From: an uncultured cyanobacterium
GTDB lineage: Bacteria > Cyanobacteriota > Cyanobacteriia > Cyanobacteriales > CAWUOF01
Length of the DNA: 64,000 nucleotides
Reading direction: 5' to 3'
Assembly (NCBI GenBank): GCA_963744145.1
Contig: CAVUSO010000001.1
Location: 2,592,001-2,656,000 of the forward strand
Every line of letters begins with the position of its first letter. Position 1 is the first letter of the stretch. A program made the position numbers and the translations under genes. Positions 47,482 through 55,638 of this stretch are shown here, piece by piece. The notes below the pieces were generated by a model. The model was given only the letters and a program-made list of their open reading frames with translations, was not told where the DNA came from and made no database searches.

Positions 47482-50255
47482 TGAATTCTCTTTATCAAAA
47501 ATTCTTAGCTCCACAACGATTGCAATATTTAGCAGTCGATCAGGATTTTGTTATTCAAGAAATATCCTTGGATAGTGATAAGTTTGCCGATTGTCCAGAA
47601 GAAATTGTTGAAGGTAATGATGTTCGACTAGGATTTCCAGAATTATTTGGGTTAGAAGATAATCTGATGGCTGTTTTACAAGGAGAAGAAAGTAGTTTTG
47701 AGTTAAAAGGTGTCGCGAGGTTTTCTGATCAGGATTTTCCTCTTTATATTGATATTTATGTAATTAATCCCAATGATAAAAAAGCTACCGATAGGTTAAT
47801 GCTTTTTTTTGAAGATGTCACCGAAAAAATGCTGTTGGAACAAACTTTATCCCAGCGATCAAATGAAGCTAGTTTATTATTAAGTGCTTTAGCTAATTCC
47901 AAAGATTATATAGAAAAAATTATTACTTCGATCGCCGATGCGCTATTAGTAACTACGAAAGCGGGAATTATTAAAACTGTCAATCCCTCAGCTAAAAAAA
48001 TATTTAATTATACAGATACGGAAATAATTGGTCAACATATCGGGATCATTATTGAAGATGAGATTTTTATTAACCAAACCATGCAACATGATTCAGTTCT
48101 AACTGGTGAGATATTAAAGGATGTGGAATTAATCTGTAAAACTAAAAATGGTGAAAAAATTTATGTAGAATTTTCCTGTTCAGTGATTCAAACCAATGTA
48201 GATCAAAATAATGAAATCTCTAACGATACCCAAGATTTTATCTATATTGGGAGAGATATTACTGAACGCAAACGTTCCCAACAAAATCTCGTTGCTAAAC
48301 ACGCCGCAACTCGGATTCTGTCTGAGTCAGCTACTATTCATGAAGCCATTCCGCAAATTCTATTAGCAATCTGTGAAAGTTTGGGATGGACGGTGGGAGA
48401 ATTATGGATGCCCGTTGCACTTCCTCGGGATAGAAAATTTAGGGAAAATCTTACCTCTAATCATGTTCATCCTCAACTTCAATGTGTGGAAATTTGGTCG
48501 AAACCAGGAGCGAATACTCAAGAATTTATTGAATTTGCCCAACAGATTACCTTTAGTCCAGGTGAGAACTTAGTAGGTCAAGTTTGGTCTAGTAGTTTAC
48601 CTATATGGATTAGCAATTTTGCCGATAATCAGCAATTTTTGCGTTCAACTTATGCTGCTCAAGCAGGACTTCAGACTGTATTTGCTTTTCCCATTCAAAG
48701 CAGTGGTCAAGGATTAGGAGTGATCACGTTCTTTAGTGAGGAAGTATATCCTTATGATGAAGAAGTCTGCCAAACAATTACGGATATTTGTAATCAATTA
48801 AGTCATTTTATTGAACGTAAAAGAGCCGAAGCAGCCTTACAAGAAAGTGAAGAAAGATATCGAGATTTATTTGAAAATGCTAGTGATTTAATTCAAAGTG
48901 TTGGGGTTGATGGTCAATTTTTATATGTGAATAGAGCCTGGAAAGAAACTTTGGGATATAGCGAATCAGAAATTGATAATATGTTGGTATTTGATATTAT
49001 TGATCCTGACTGTAAAACCGATTATTTAGAAATGTTTCAGCGAGTGCTATCCGGCGATAAGATTGATCGAATTAAAACTACATTTATTACGAAAGAGCAA
49101 AAAAAAATTTCCTTAGAAGGAAGTGTTAATTGTAAATTAATCGATGGCAAACCTGTGGCAACTCGGGGAATTTTTCAAAATATCACCGAACGCAAATTAG
49201 CGATGGAAGCTTTGAAACTAAGTGAAGCAAATTTAGCCGAAGCTCAAAAAATTGCCCATCTGGGTAGTTGGGAATTGGATCTGGTTACCCAAAATGTAGT
49301 TTGGTCTGAGGAAATGTTCCGCATTTTTGCCCTCGATCCAGAACAACAAGAATTCACCTATTCCGAATATGTGCAAATGATTCATCCAGAGGATCGGGAA
49401 TTCTGGCAGGTCATGATTGCCGATGCGATCGCTAAAGTAAAGTTTTATGAATTTGATTTTCGGATTGTCCGACCCGATCATTCGATTCGATATATTAATG
49501 GTAGGGGTAAACCTGCTCTCGATGATACTGGTAAAGTTGTGCGGTTATTAGGGACTGCGATGGATATTACAGAACGGAAATTAGCAACTGTAGAATTGCG
49601 GTATCAAAAAGAACAATCGGAACGATTGTTGTTAAATGTTTTGCCGACAAAAATTGCGGAACGTCTGAAACAAGAAGAACAAACGATTGCTGATAAGTTT
49701 GCCGAAGTTACAGTGATGTTTGCTGATATTGTTGGGTTTACTGAATTGGCTTCGTCCATGAACGCGATCGAATTAGTTAGCTTGCTCAATCAAATTTTTT
49801 CCGATTTTGATCGTTTGTCAGAACGACATAGTTTAGAGAAAATTAAAACTATTGGTGATGCTTATATGGTAGTGGGAGGGTTACCCGAACAACGAGATGA
49901 TCATGCCGAAGCGATCGCCGATATGGCCATGGATATGATGATGGCGATCGCTAACTTTAATACAGAAAATCAGAAAAATTTTAGTATTCGGATCGGTATT
50001 CATAGCGGTCCAGTCGTAGCTGGGGTGATTGGGATTAAAAAGTTTATTTACGATCTCTGGGGTGATACGGTTAATACCGCGAGTCGGATGGAGTCTCACG
50101 GTTTAGCAGGACAGATTCAGGTATCAGCAGCCAGCTACGAAAAATTATATCATAAATATTTATTTGAAGAACGGGGACATATCCCGATTAAAGGTAAAGG
50201 TAAGATGCTTACTTATCTTCTGATTGGTAGAAAAGTTCATAGTTTATCAGCCTAG
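47481..50255 (+). CDS. PAS-GAF-PAS-PAS class III adenylate cyclase
   Basis: PAS and GAF domains; FADIVGFT, KIKTIGDAYM, YDLWGDTVNTASRMES. TAATG overlap with the GTPase stop. Confidence 0.93.
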   Translation: MNSLYQKFLAPQRLQYLAVDQDFVIQEISLDSDKFADCPEEIVEGNDVRLGFPELFGLEDNLMAVLQGEESSFELKGVARFSDQDFPLYIDIYVINPNDKKATDRLMLFFEDVTEKMLLEQTLSQRSNEASLLLSALANSKDYIEKIITSIADALLVTTKAGIIKTVNPSAKKIFNYTDTEIIGQHIGIIIEDEIFINQTMQHDSVLTGEILKDVELICKTKNGEKIYVEFSCSVIQTNVDQNNEISNDTQDFIYIGRDITERKRSQQNLVAKHAATRILSESATIHEAIPQILLAICESLGWTVGELWMPVALPRDRKFRENLTSNHVHPQLQCVEIWSKPGANTQEFIEFAQQITFSPGENLVGQVWSSSLPIWISNFADNQQFLRSTYAAQAGLQTVFAFPIQSSGQGLGVITFFSEEVYPYDEEVCQTITDICNQLSHFIERKRAEAALQESEERYRDLFENASDLIQSVGVDGQFLYVNRAWKETLGYSESEIDNMLVFDIIDPDCKTDYLEMFQRVLSGDKIDRIKTTFITKEQKKISLEGSVNCKLIDGKPVATRGIFQNITERKLAMEALKLSEANLAEAQKIAHLGSWELDLVTQNVVWSEEMFRIFALDPEQQEFTYSEYVQMIHPEDREFWQVMIADAIAKVKFYEFDFRIVRPDHSIRYINGRGKPALDDTGKVVRLLGTAMDITERKLATVELRYQKEQSERLLLNVLPTKIAERLKQEEQTIADKFAEVTVMFADIVGFTELASSMNAIELVSLLNQIFSDFDRLSERHSLEKIKTIGDAYMVVGGLPEQRDDHAEAIADMAMDMMMAIANFNTENQKNFSIRIGIHSGPVVAGVIGIKKFIYDLWGDTVNTASRMESHGLAGQIQVSAASYEKLYHKYLFEERGHIPIKGKGKMLTYLLIGRKVHSLSA

Positions 50256-50366
50256 TTTTGGCAGGAGGTGATTTTCTAGCTACTTCTATAACCAGGGTTT
50301 ATCTGTTGAGTCTTTTACCATTTTATTCAAAAGAAATGTACCCCATATTTGATTTAATTAAAAACA

Positions 50367-51902
50367 ATGAACTCGCTGCTCAAAAAATTATTAGCTGCTT
50401 GTCAGATGGAATACTTAACCCTTGATCAAGATTTGATGATCCAAGAGATTTCCTCTGGTGTGCAACGGTTTGCGGATAGTCCTGATGATATTAGTCTGGA
50501 AAACGATGTCCGGATCGGCTTTCCTGAATTAATCGGGATGGAAGATATTTTAATGGCAATTATCCAAGGAGAGCAACCTAGTTTTGAATTAAAAGCGGTG
50601 AGCCGTTATCTGGAAAATAATCAGCTTTTATATATGGATATTTGTATTATTAGTAATACAGTAGAAACATTGTTAGAAAAAAAATTAGTGGTAGTTTTTG
50701 CTGATGTAACTGAAAAAATGATGATGGAACAAACTTTAGTGCAAAGAAGCAATGAAGCCACTTTATTATTAAATGCTTTAGCCGCCTCGAAAGATTATAT
50801 TGAAAAAATTATTACTTCCATGGCTGATGCTTTATTAGTAACTACCAGAGCCGGAAATATTAAAAAAATTAATCAAGCTGCTCAGAAATTATTTGGTTAT
50901 GACGAAGTAGAGTTAATGGGACAATCCGTGTCCATGATTTTTGCTGAAGATGAGATTTTAGAACAAATATTTGCCCAAGAATTTAAGTTGATTCAAGGGG
51001 AAATTTTGCCAGATATGGAAGTAATTTGTCAAACTAAAACTGGAGAAAAAATCCCGGTAGCATTTTCTTGTTCATCGATCCAAACAACTACAAAAGATGC
51101 TCAGGATTTAGTCTATATTGGTCGTGATATGACCGAACGGAGAAATGCTCAGGAGAAAATAAAAAAATTAAATAAAGATTTGGAAATTAGAGCGATCGCG
51201 CTGGAAGCTGCTAATCAAGAATTAGAGGCTTTTTCCCACTCAGTTGCCCATGATTTGCGGAACCCACTTAACAAAATTATTGGTTATAATCAAATTGTGA
51301 TTGAAGAATATAATCAACAATTAGATGCTGATGGTAAATCCTATTTAGAAGTAGTCAAAGAATCTAGTTTACGAATGAATGAATTAATTACCGATTTACT
51401 CAGGTTATCTCAGGTAACCCGAGGAGAAATATGTTATGAAACAGTGGATTTGAGTGCTTTAGCAACAGCAATTGCGATCGATCTTCAACAAAGAGACCCG
51501 AAACGACAAGTAGAATTCCAGATTTTAAATGGTGCAATTACCACTGGAGATGCTGCACTCTTAAAAATTGTCTTGGAAAATTTACTTGGTAATGCTTGGA
51601 AATTTACAGGTAAACAACCTCAAGCTCAAATAGAGTTTGGGATTTCTCCCCAGAAAAATGCTAAACAGACTGCCATTATACCAGCTTTTTTTGTCCGGGA
51701 CAATGGTGCTGGTTTTGATATGAAAAAAGCCAGTAAATTATTTACTGCTTTCGAGCGTCTGCACAAAAATAGTGACTTTGAAGGGACGGGGATCGGTCTA
51801 GCTACTGTACAACGGATTATTCATCGTCATGGGGGACGGATTTGGGCAGAAAGTAGCCTTGGTAAAGGTGCGATATTTTATTTTACTCTAGAAGTACACT
51901 AG
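50367..51902 (+). CDS. PAS sensor histidine kinase
   Basis: FSHSVAHDLRNPL, NLLGNAWKF, DNGAGF, GTGIGL. Confidence 0.93.
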   Translation: MNSLLKKLLAACQMEYLTLDQDLMIQEISSGVQRFADSPDDISLENDVRIGFPELIGMEDILMAIIQGEQPSFELKAVSRYLENNQLLYMDICIISNTVETLLEKKLVVVFADVTEKMMMEQTLVQRSNEATLLLNALAASKDYIEKIITSMADALLVTTRAGNIKKINQAAQKLFGYDEVELMGQSVSMIFAEDEILEQIFAQEFKLIQGEILPDMEVICQTKTGEKIPVAFSCSSIQTTTKDAQDLVYIGRDMTERRNAQEKIKKLNKDLEIRAIALEAANQELEAFSHSVAHDLRNPLNKIIGYNQIVIEEYNQQLDADGKSYLEVVKESSLRMNELITDLLRLSQVTRGEICYETVDLSALATAIAIDLQQRDPKRQVEFQILNGAITTGDAALLKIVLENLLGNAWKFTGKQPQAQIEFGISPQKNAKQTAIIPAFFVRDNGAGFDMKKASKLFTAFERLHKNSDFEGTGIGLATVQRIIHRHGGRIWAESSLGKGAIFYFTLEVH

Positions 51903-51914
51903 CATCAATGTTTT

Positions 51915-52718
51915 ATGACTATTTTTGCGATCGATTTACCAAAATTAGCGCTATCACCGTTTTGGCAACACCTAATTGGACTTGGTTTTCAGATTGTCCC
52001 GAAACTGCTGTGGGTAATCGCGATTTTAATCCTGACAAGAATAGCTATTCGTTTAGTTGGTAATCTGACTCGTCAAGCTTTAAGTCACATCGAACTAACG
52101 ATTCGGAAATTTCTGATCCAAGTCGCAGAAATTTCCACTCTGTTAACGGGATTGATTTCAGCTTTAAATATGATCGGGATTCAAACTAATACGATTATTG
52201 CGGTCATTGGTGCTGCGGGTTTAGCCATAAGTCTAGCTTGGCAAAATACTTTATCTCATTTTGCTGCTGGGGTAATGTTAATTAGTTTGCGCCCCTTTGA
52301 AGTCGGAGATTTTATTGAAGGTGCAGGTGTAGCAGGTATTGTTGATGCAATTGGGATATTTTCCACTACTCTGATTACTCCTGATCACGTCAAAATTATG
52401 GTGCCTAATGCTCAATTATTTAATGGTACTCTGAAAAATACTACAGCTTTAGGAACTCGTCGGATTGATTTAGAGATTGATATTGGCGATCGGCCCATTG
52501 AACCTACCATTACCATGCTATTAGGCATAGTTCAGCCCCATCCTCTGGTTTTAAATCACCCCAAACCTACCTGTCATGTAGCGACGATTTCCGCTACTAA
52601 TACCATTTTATATTTGCGTCCTTGGTGTGCAGCTACTGTCTATGAACAAGTGCGCTCAGAGGTACAGCTTTTAATTAAAGAAACTCTGCAAATCACACCT
52701 ACTCTTGAGGAGCATTAA
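51915..52718 (+). CDS. Small-conductance mechanosensitive channel family protein
   Basis: GAAGLAISLAWQNTLSHFAAGV...RPFEVGDFI. Confidence 0.9.
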   Translation: MTIFAIDLPKLALSPFWQHLIGLGFQIVPKLLWVIAILILTRIAIRLVGNLTRQALSHIELTIRKFLIQVAEISTLLTGLISALNMIGIQTNTIIAVIGAAGLAISLAWQNTLSHFAAGVMLISLRPFEVGDFIEGAGVAGIVDAIGIFSTTLITPDHVKIMVPNAQLFNGTLKNTTALGTRRIDLEIDIGDRPIEPTITMLLGIVQPHPLVLNHPKPTCHVATISATNTILYLRPWCAATVYEQVRSEVQLLIKETLQITPTLEEH

Positions 52719-52811
52719 GCCAGCTCCCCAGCGGTCATCGGTCTATCAATGGGACAAAAGAAAATGCCTCTCGGGAGAAATAGACATTGTAATTTTTTTT
52801 TGGCAATTTCC

Positions 52812-52841
52812 TTGACTAATCCCGAATAGGGATGCTATGAT
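52812..52841 (+). promoter_or_regulatory. Probable promoter of tRNA-Ser
   Basis: TTGACT - 18 bp - TATGAT with an extended -10 TG, 16 nt upstream of the tRNA. Confidence 0.55.
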
Positions 52842-52857
52842 TAATAATCGTGACCCT

Positions 52858-52949
52858 GGAGAGGTGGCTGAGCGGTCGAAAGCGGCAGATTGCTAATCTG
52901 TTGTACGGTTGGTAACTCCGTACCGAGGGTTCGAATCCCTCCCTCTCCG
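52858..52949 (+). tRNA. tRNA-Ser(GCT)
   Basis: GGAGAGG/CCTCTCC acceptor stem, anticodon arm GCAGA-TTGCTAA-TCTGT, long variable arm, GGTTCGAATCC T-loop. Confidence 0.96.
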
Positions 52950-53197
52950 TTTTTTAGGAGTTTTTTATATGTTCCTGGCAGGTTATGGACTCTGTTGGCA
53001 AATTGACTTGCGGAATGTGGGATGACCACTGGTTTCAGCCATCAATTCATACCTTGAATCAGCGACACCCCGAAAATTCATACTCAAAAAATATACTTTT
53101 CCGTACACACAATTATGTTTTTTTCTGCTAAGGAAATAAGCGCACTGTGGTTTGAGAAGGTAGCTGAATTGGATTCAATATTGATTACTTGATTGGG

Positions 53198-53503
53198 TCA
53201 TGCTACACCCAAGTTTTCGTTTTCAAGAAGACTAAGTAGTGGTGGATAAATCTTTGATTTATCGGTCGAAACCAGCACAAATATTACATTGTTCACTTCA
53301 GAGTTACGAATGTATTCGTGTAAAATAGCAAACGCTCTTGTAGTTAAGTAATGGGCGCTGCGAAGCAGAACTACACACTTTCTCGCTCTGTTTTCTGCGA
53401 GAATTTGTTGTATTTCAATGAGCAACCGCTCCACGTCAAGAGCTTCGTAGCCGTCGTTGATAGCGTCAAAGTCTATTACTTGGTCGCATAAAAAAGATGT
53501 CAT
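53198..53503 (-). CDS. Hypothetical protein resembling a degenerate clamp-loader (DnaX/HolB) AAA+ segment
   Basis: KCVVLLRSAHYLTTRAFAILHEYI...VIFVLVSTDKSKIYPPLLS parallels KVYIIDEVHMLS..AFNALLKTLEE...VIFILATT...KI..TILS. Confidence 0.45.
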   Translation of the reverse strand: MTSFLCDQVIDFDAINDGYEALDVERLLIEIQQILAENRARKCVVLLRSAHYLTTRAFAILHEYIRNSEVNNVIFVLVSTDKSKIYPPLLSLLENENLGVA

Positions 53504-53691
53504 TCTTCCTCCCGGTTATTTGGTTCACTTTCGTTAACTTTTTCAAAAGTTCCGTCTGCCCGCCGCCGCCAACCGTCTACGATTACGTCATCTTCGGGAT
53601 TACGAGGCTTTGATGGGTCGCGCCAGTCATAATTATTTTTTCCCTTGGATGGAGCTGGTTTTTGGATGGGGTTTTCTTTTTCACTGTTCAA
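53500..53691 (-). CDS. Small hypothetical protein
   Basis: GAGGAG Shine-Dalgarno 8 nt before a TTG start. The stop overlaps the next start (ATGA). Confidence 0.55.
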   Translation of the reverse strand: MNSEKENPIQKPAPSKGKNNYDWRDPSKPRNPEDDVIVDGWRRRADGTFEKVNESEPNNREEE

Positions 53692-53842
53692 TGCGATTAC
53701 TCCTCATGCGGCTCCTTCTTTTTGTTTACTATCGGAGGAGACAATATACAAACAGCAATGTTTCAGCTTGCAGGAGACTCGATAGCTTTTTTATCTTCGA
53801 TACTATACAGTATAAACTTTTTCAAGCAATACTTCCGACACT

Positions 53843-54052
53843 TTATTCTAGAAATTGACTGTCAATTAGAAAGGTTCCCTGACTAAAGCGAACGCTCCAG
53901 TAACCACCGGGACGTTGATCGATGACAATCCCTTCTTCCCCGAGATGGATCACCGTTGGGGGACGTAACATGGGCATAGAATCGGCAGTTTTGACATACT
54001 GGGGTAAAGCAATTACTCGTACTTTCTTACCCACAGCAAATTCTTTAGACAT
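53843..54052 (-). CDS. sipA: Regulatory protein SipA (NblS interactor)
   Basis: PQYVKTADSMPMLRPP..I..GEEG.V....PGGYWSVRF..G.FL. Start at ATG 54052. Confidence 0.88.
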   Translation of the reverse strand: MSKEFAVGKKVRVIALPQYVKTADSMPMLRPPTVIHLGEEGIVIDQRPGGYWSVRFSQGTFLIDSQFLE

Positions 54053-54105
54053 ATATAGTCGATCGGTAATAGTTTTGAATAGGATAGTGAAGATGTCTTT
54101 TTGTT

Positions 54106-54131
54106 GTGGGACAGACAAGATGTCTGTCCCC
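54106..54131. repeat. REP-like palindrome GGGACAGACAAGATGTCTGTCCC
   Basis: Same family as 4930, 19664 and 42031. Confidence 0.75.
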
Positions 54132-54159
54132 TAAATTGCTCAGACAATTGATGATCTGG

Positions 54160-55188
54160 TTAAGGTGTTTGCCAAATTCGCTGATGGTATTCGTCTAAAT
54201 TGGCATAAGGATCTTCAGCCGGATGGGAATGATCATGGTGATGGTGATGACCATTGACCTGCTCATGGTGGTGATGATGATGTCCCCGATCGCTGATCTG
54301 TTCAAGAGCAGTTAAGCGGAATTTACACATTTCACAGTTCATCTGAACTTGTCCTAGTTGGGTCTCAATTTCTCGATCGCGCACGAGAGCAAGGAGCTGG
54401 GGTTGAATTCCCATTTCTGGTAAACAAATAGAGGAAATTTCTGGGTATTGTTCTTGCTGTTGGGCTGTAATATCAAAGATTTTTTTCACCAGTAATCCGG
54501 TAAACAGAAAATATGGTAAAACAATGATGCGTTTAGGTTGGTAAAGACGGGCACGTCGAAATCCTTCTTCTAAACGAGGATGGGTAATCCCAATAAAGCA
54601 AGTTTCTACAGTCAAGTAACCACTACCTTCCCACAACACTCGCGCTAGTTTGTACACATCCCCATTAGCATCAGGATCACTAGCACCTCGTCCGACAAAT
54701 AATAAGACAGTTTCCGAACGAGCGATCGCTTGAGGATTGGATTGGGGTTGATCTAATTCTGCTAAACGAGCTTTCCACAAATCGAGAATAGCTGGAGTAA
54801 TCCCAAAATGTCTACCATAATGAAACTTAATCTGAGGATGACGTTGTTTGGCTCGATCGAGTTCATTGGTCACATCAAATTTATTATGTCTTGCCGCAAA
54901 TAGCAACACTGGAAGCGCAGAAATTTCTGTATATCCTGCTTCTACACATTGATCTATTCCTGTCTGAATACTCGGATCGGTTAGTTCCAGAAAACAGGGA
55001 ATTACGGGACGAGATGAATCTAAAGCTTGGTAGGTAGCGACAAAATCTAGGAAAGTTTGTCTTCCATCCCGATCGCGAGTCCCATGACCAATCATTAATA
55101 ACGGACGCAGGAGCGGTAAAGCTGGTAATCGGAGGGATGGGTTAACTGGGACTAAGGTAGATAAATCGACGGAATTTACAATGGACAT
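54160..55188 (-). CDS. cbiX: Sirohydrochlorin cobaltochelatase CbiX (long form, His-rich tail)
   Basis: [31 protein letters not shown], poly-His tail. Confidence 0.93.
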   Translation of the reverse strand: MSIVNSVDLSTLVPVNPSLRLPALPLLRPLLMIGHGTRDRDGRQTFLDFVATYQALDSSRPVIPCFLELTDPSIQTGIDQCVEAGYTEISALPVLLFAARHNKFDVTNELDRAKQRHPQIKFHYGRHFGITPAILDLWKARLAELDQPQSNPQAIARSETVLLFVGRGASDPDANGDVYKLARVLWEGSGYLTVETCFIGITHPRLEEGFRRARLYQPKRIIVLPYFLFTGLLVKKIFDITAQQQEQYPEISSICLPEMGIQPQLLALVRDREIETQLGQVQMNCEMCKFRLTALEQISDRGHHHHHHEQVNGHHHHHDHSHPAEDPYANLDEYHQRIWQTP

Positions 55189-55240
55189 CTATGAAAAATC
55201 CTTTCCTGTGCGACGCAGGAAGTATATTTTGGTAGCAACA

Positions 55241-55340
55241 GGTAGGTATTCTGGCTGACGAGCCTATTATACATAGACTGCGTTTACAGCTGCGGCACAG
55301 CCTCGGAATTACACCGATGTTTCCCTACCTTTTAGTGATC
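55241..55340 (-). promoter_or_regulatory. Cobalamin riboswitch upstream of cbiX
   Basis: The minus strand reads GGTAGGGAAACATCGGTGTAATTCCGAGGCTGTGCCGCAGCTGTAAA...AGCCAGAATACCTACC, with the conserved GGGAA, CGGTG..A.TCCG, CTGTGCCGCA.CTGTAA and B12-box elements. Confidence 0.88.
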
Positions 55341-55638
55341 TTAACTTATTTAAGATTTAATTAATATAGTGGACTGGGTGATAATTGTCAGTTTGTAGTA
55401 AAAATTATTTCCTGATCATGGTGCGATCGTATTAGTTGGTGGTAAAAATTAGATCTTAATTATGGTGCGATAAATTTTTTAATTCAATCCTTTTTTTTGA
55501 ATTTTACTATAATTTCTCTACCAATAACTAAAATTAAATTAACCTTAGTAGGATCTTAACTAATGGATTGAAAGTTCCTAACAAAGACTGTCCTAAACTA
55601 GATAGGTGGAATCAAATCTAGAAAAGTAGTAGTGAATT

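Noticed and set aside
52841..53029. 62-aa minus-strand ORF
   Set aside because: It is antisense to tRNA-Ser and therefore spurious.
55520..55565. Possible Pho (SphR) boxes upstream of the phosphatase (ATTAACCT, CTTAACTA)
   Set aside because: The half-sites are 15-17 bp apart rather than at the 11-bp period, in very AT-rich DNA.
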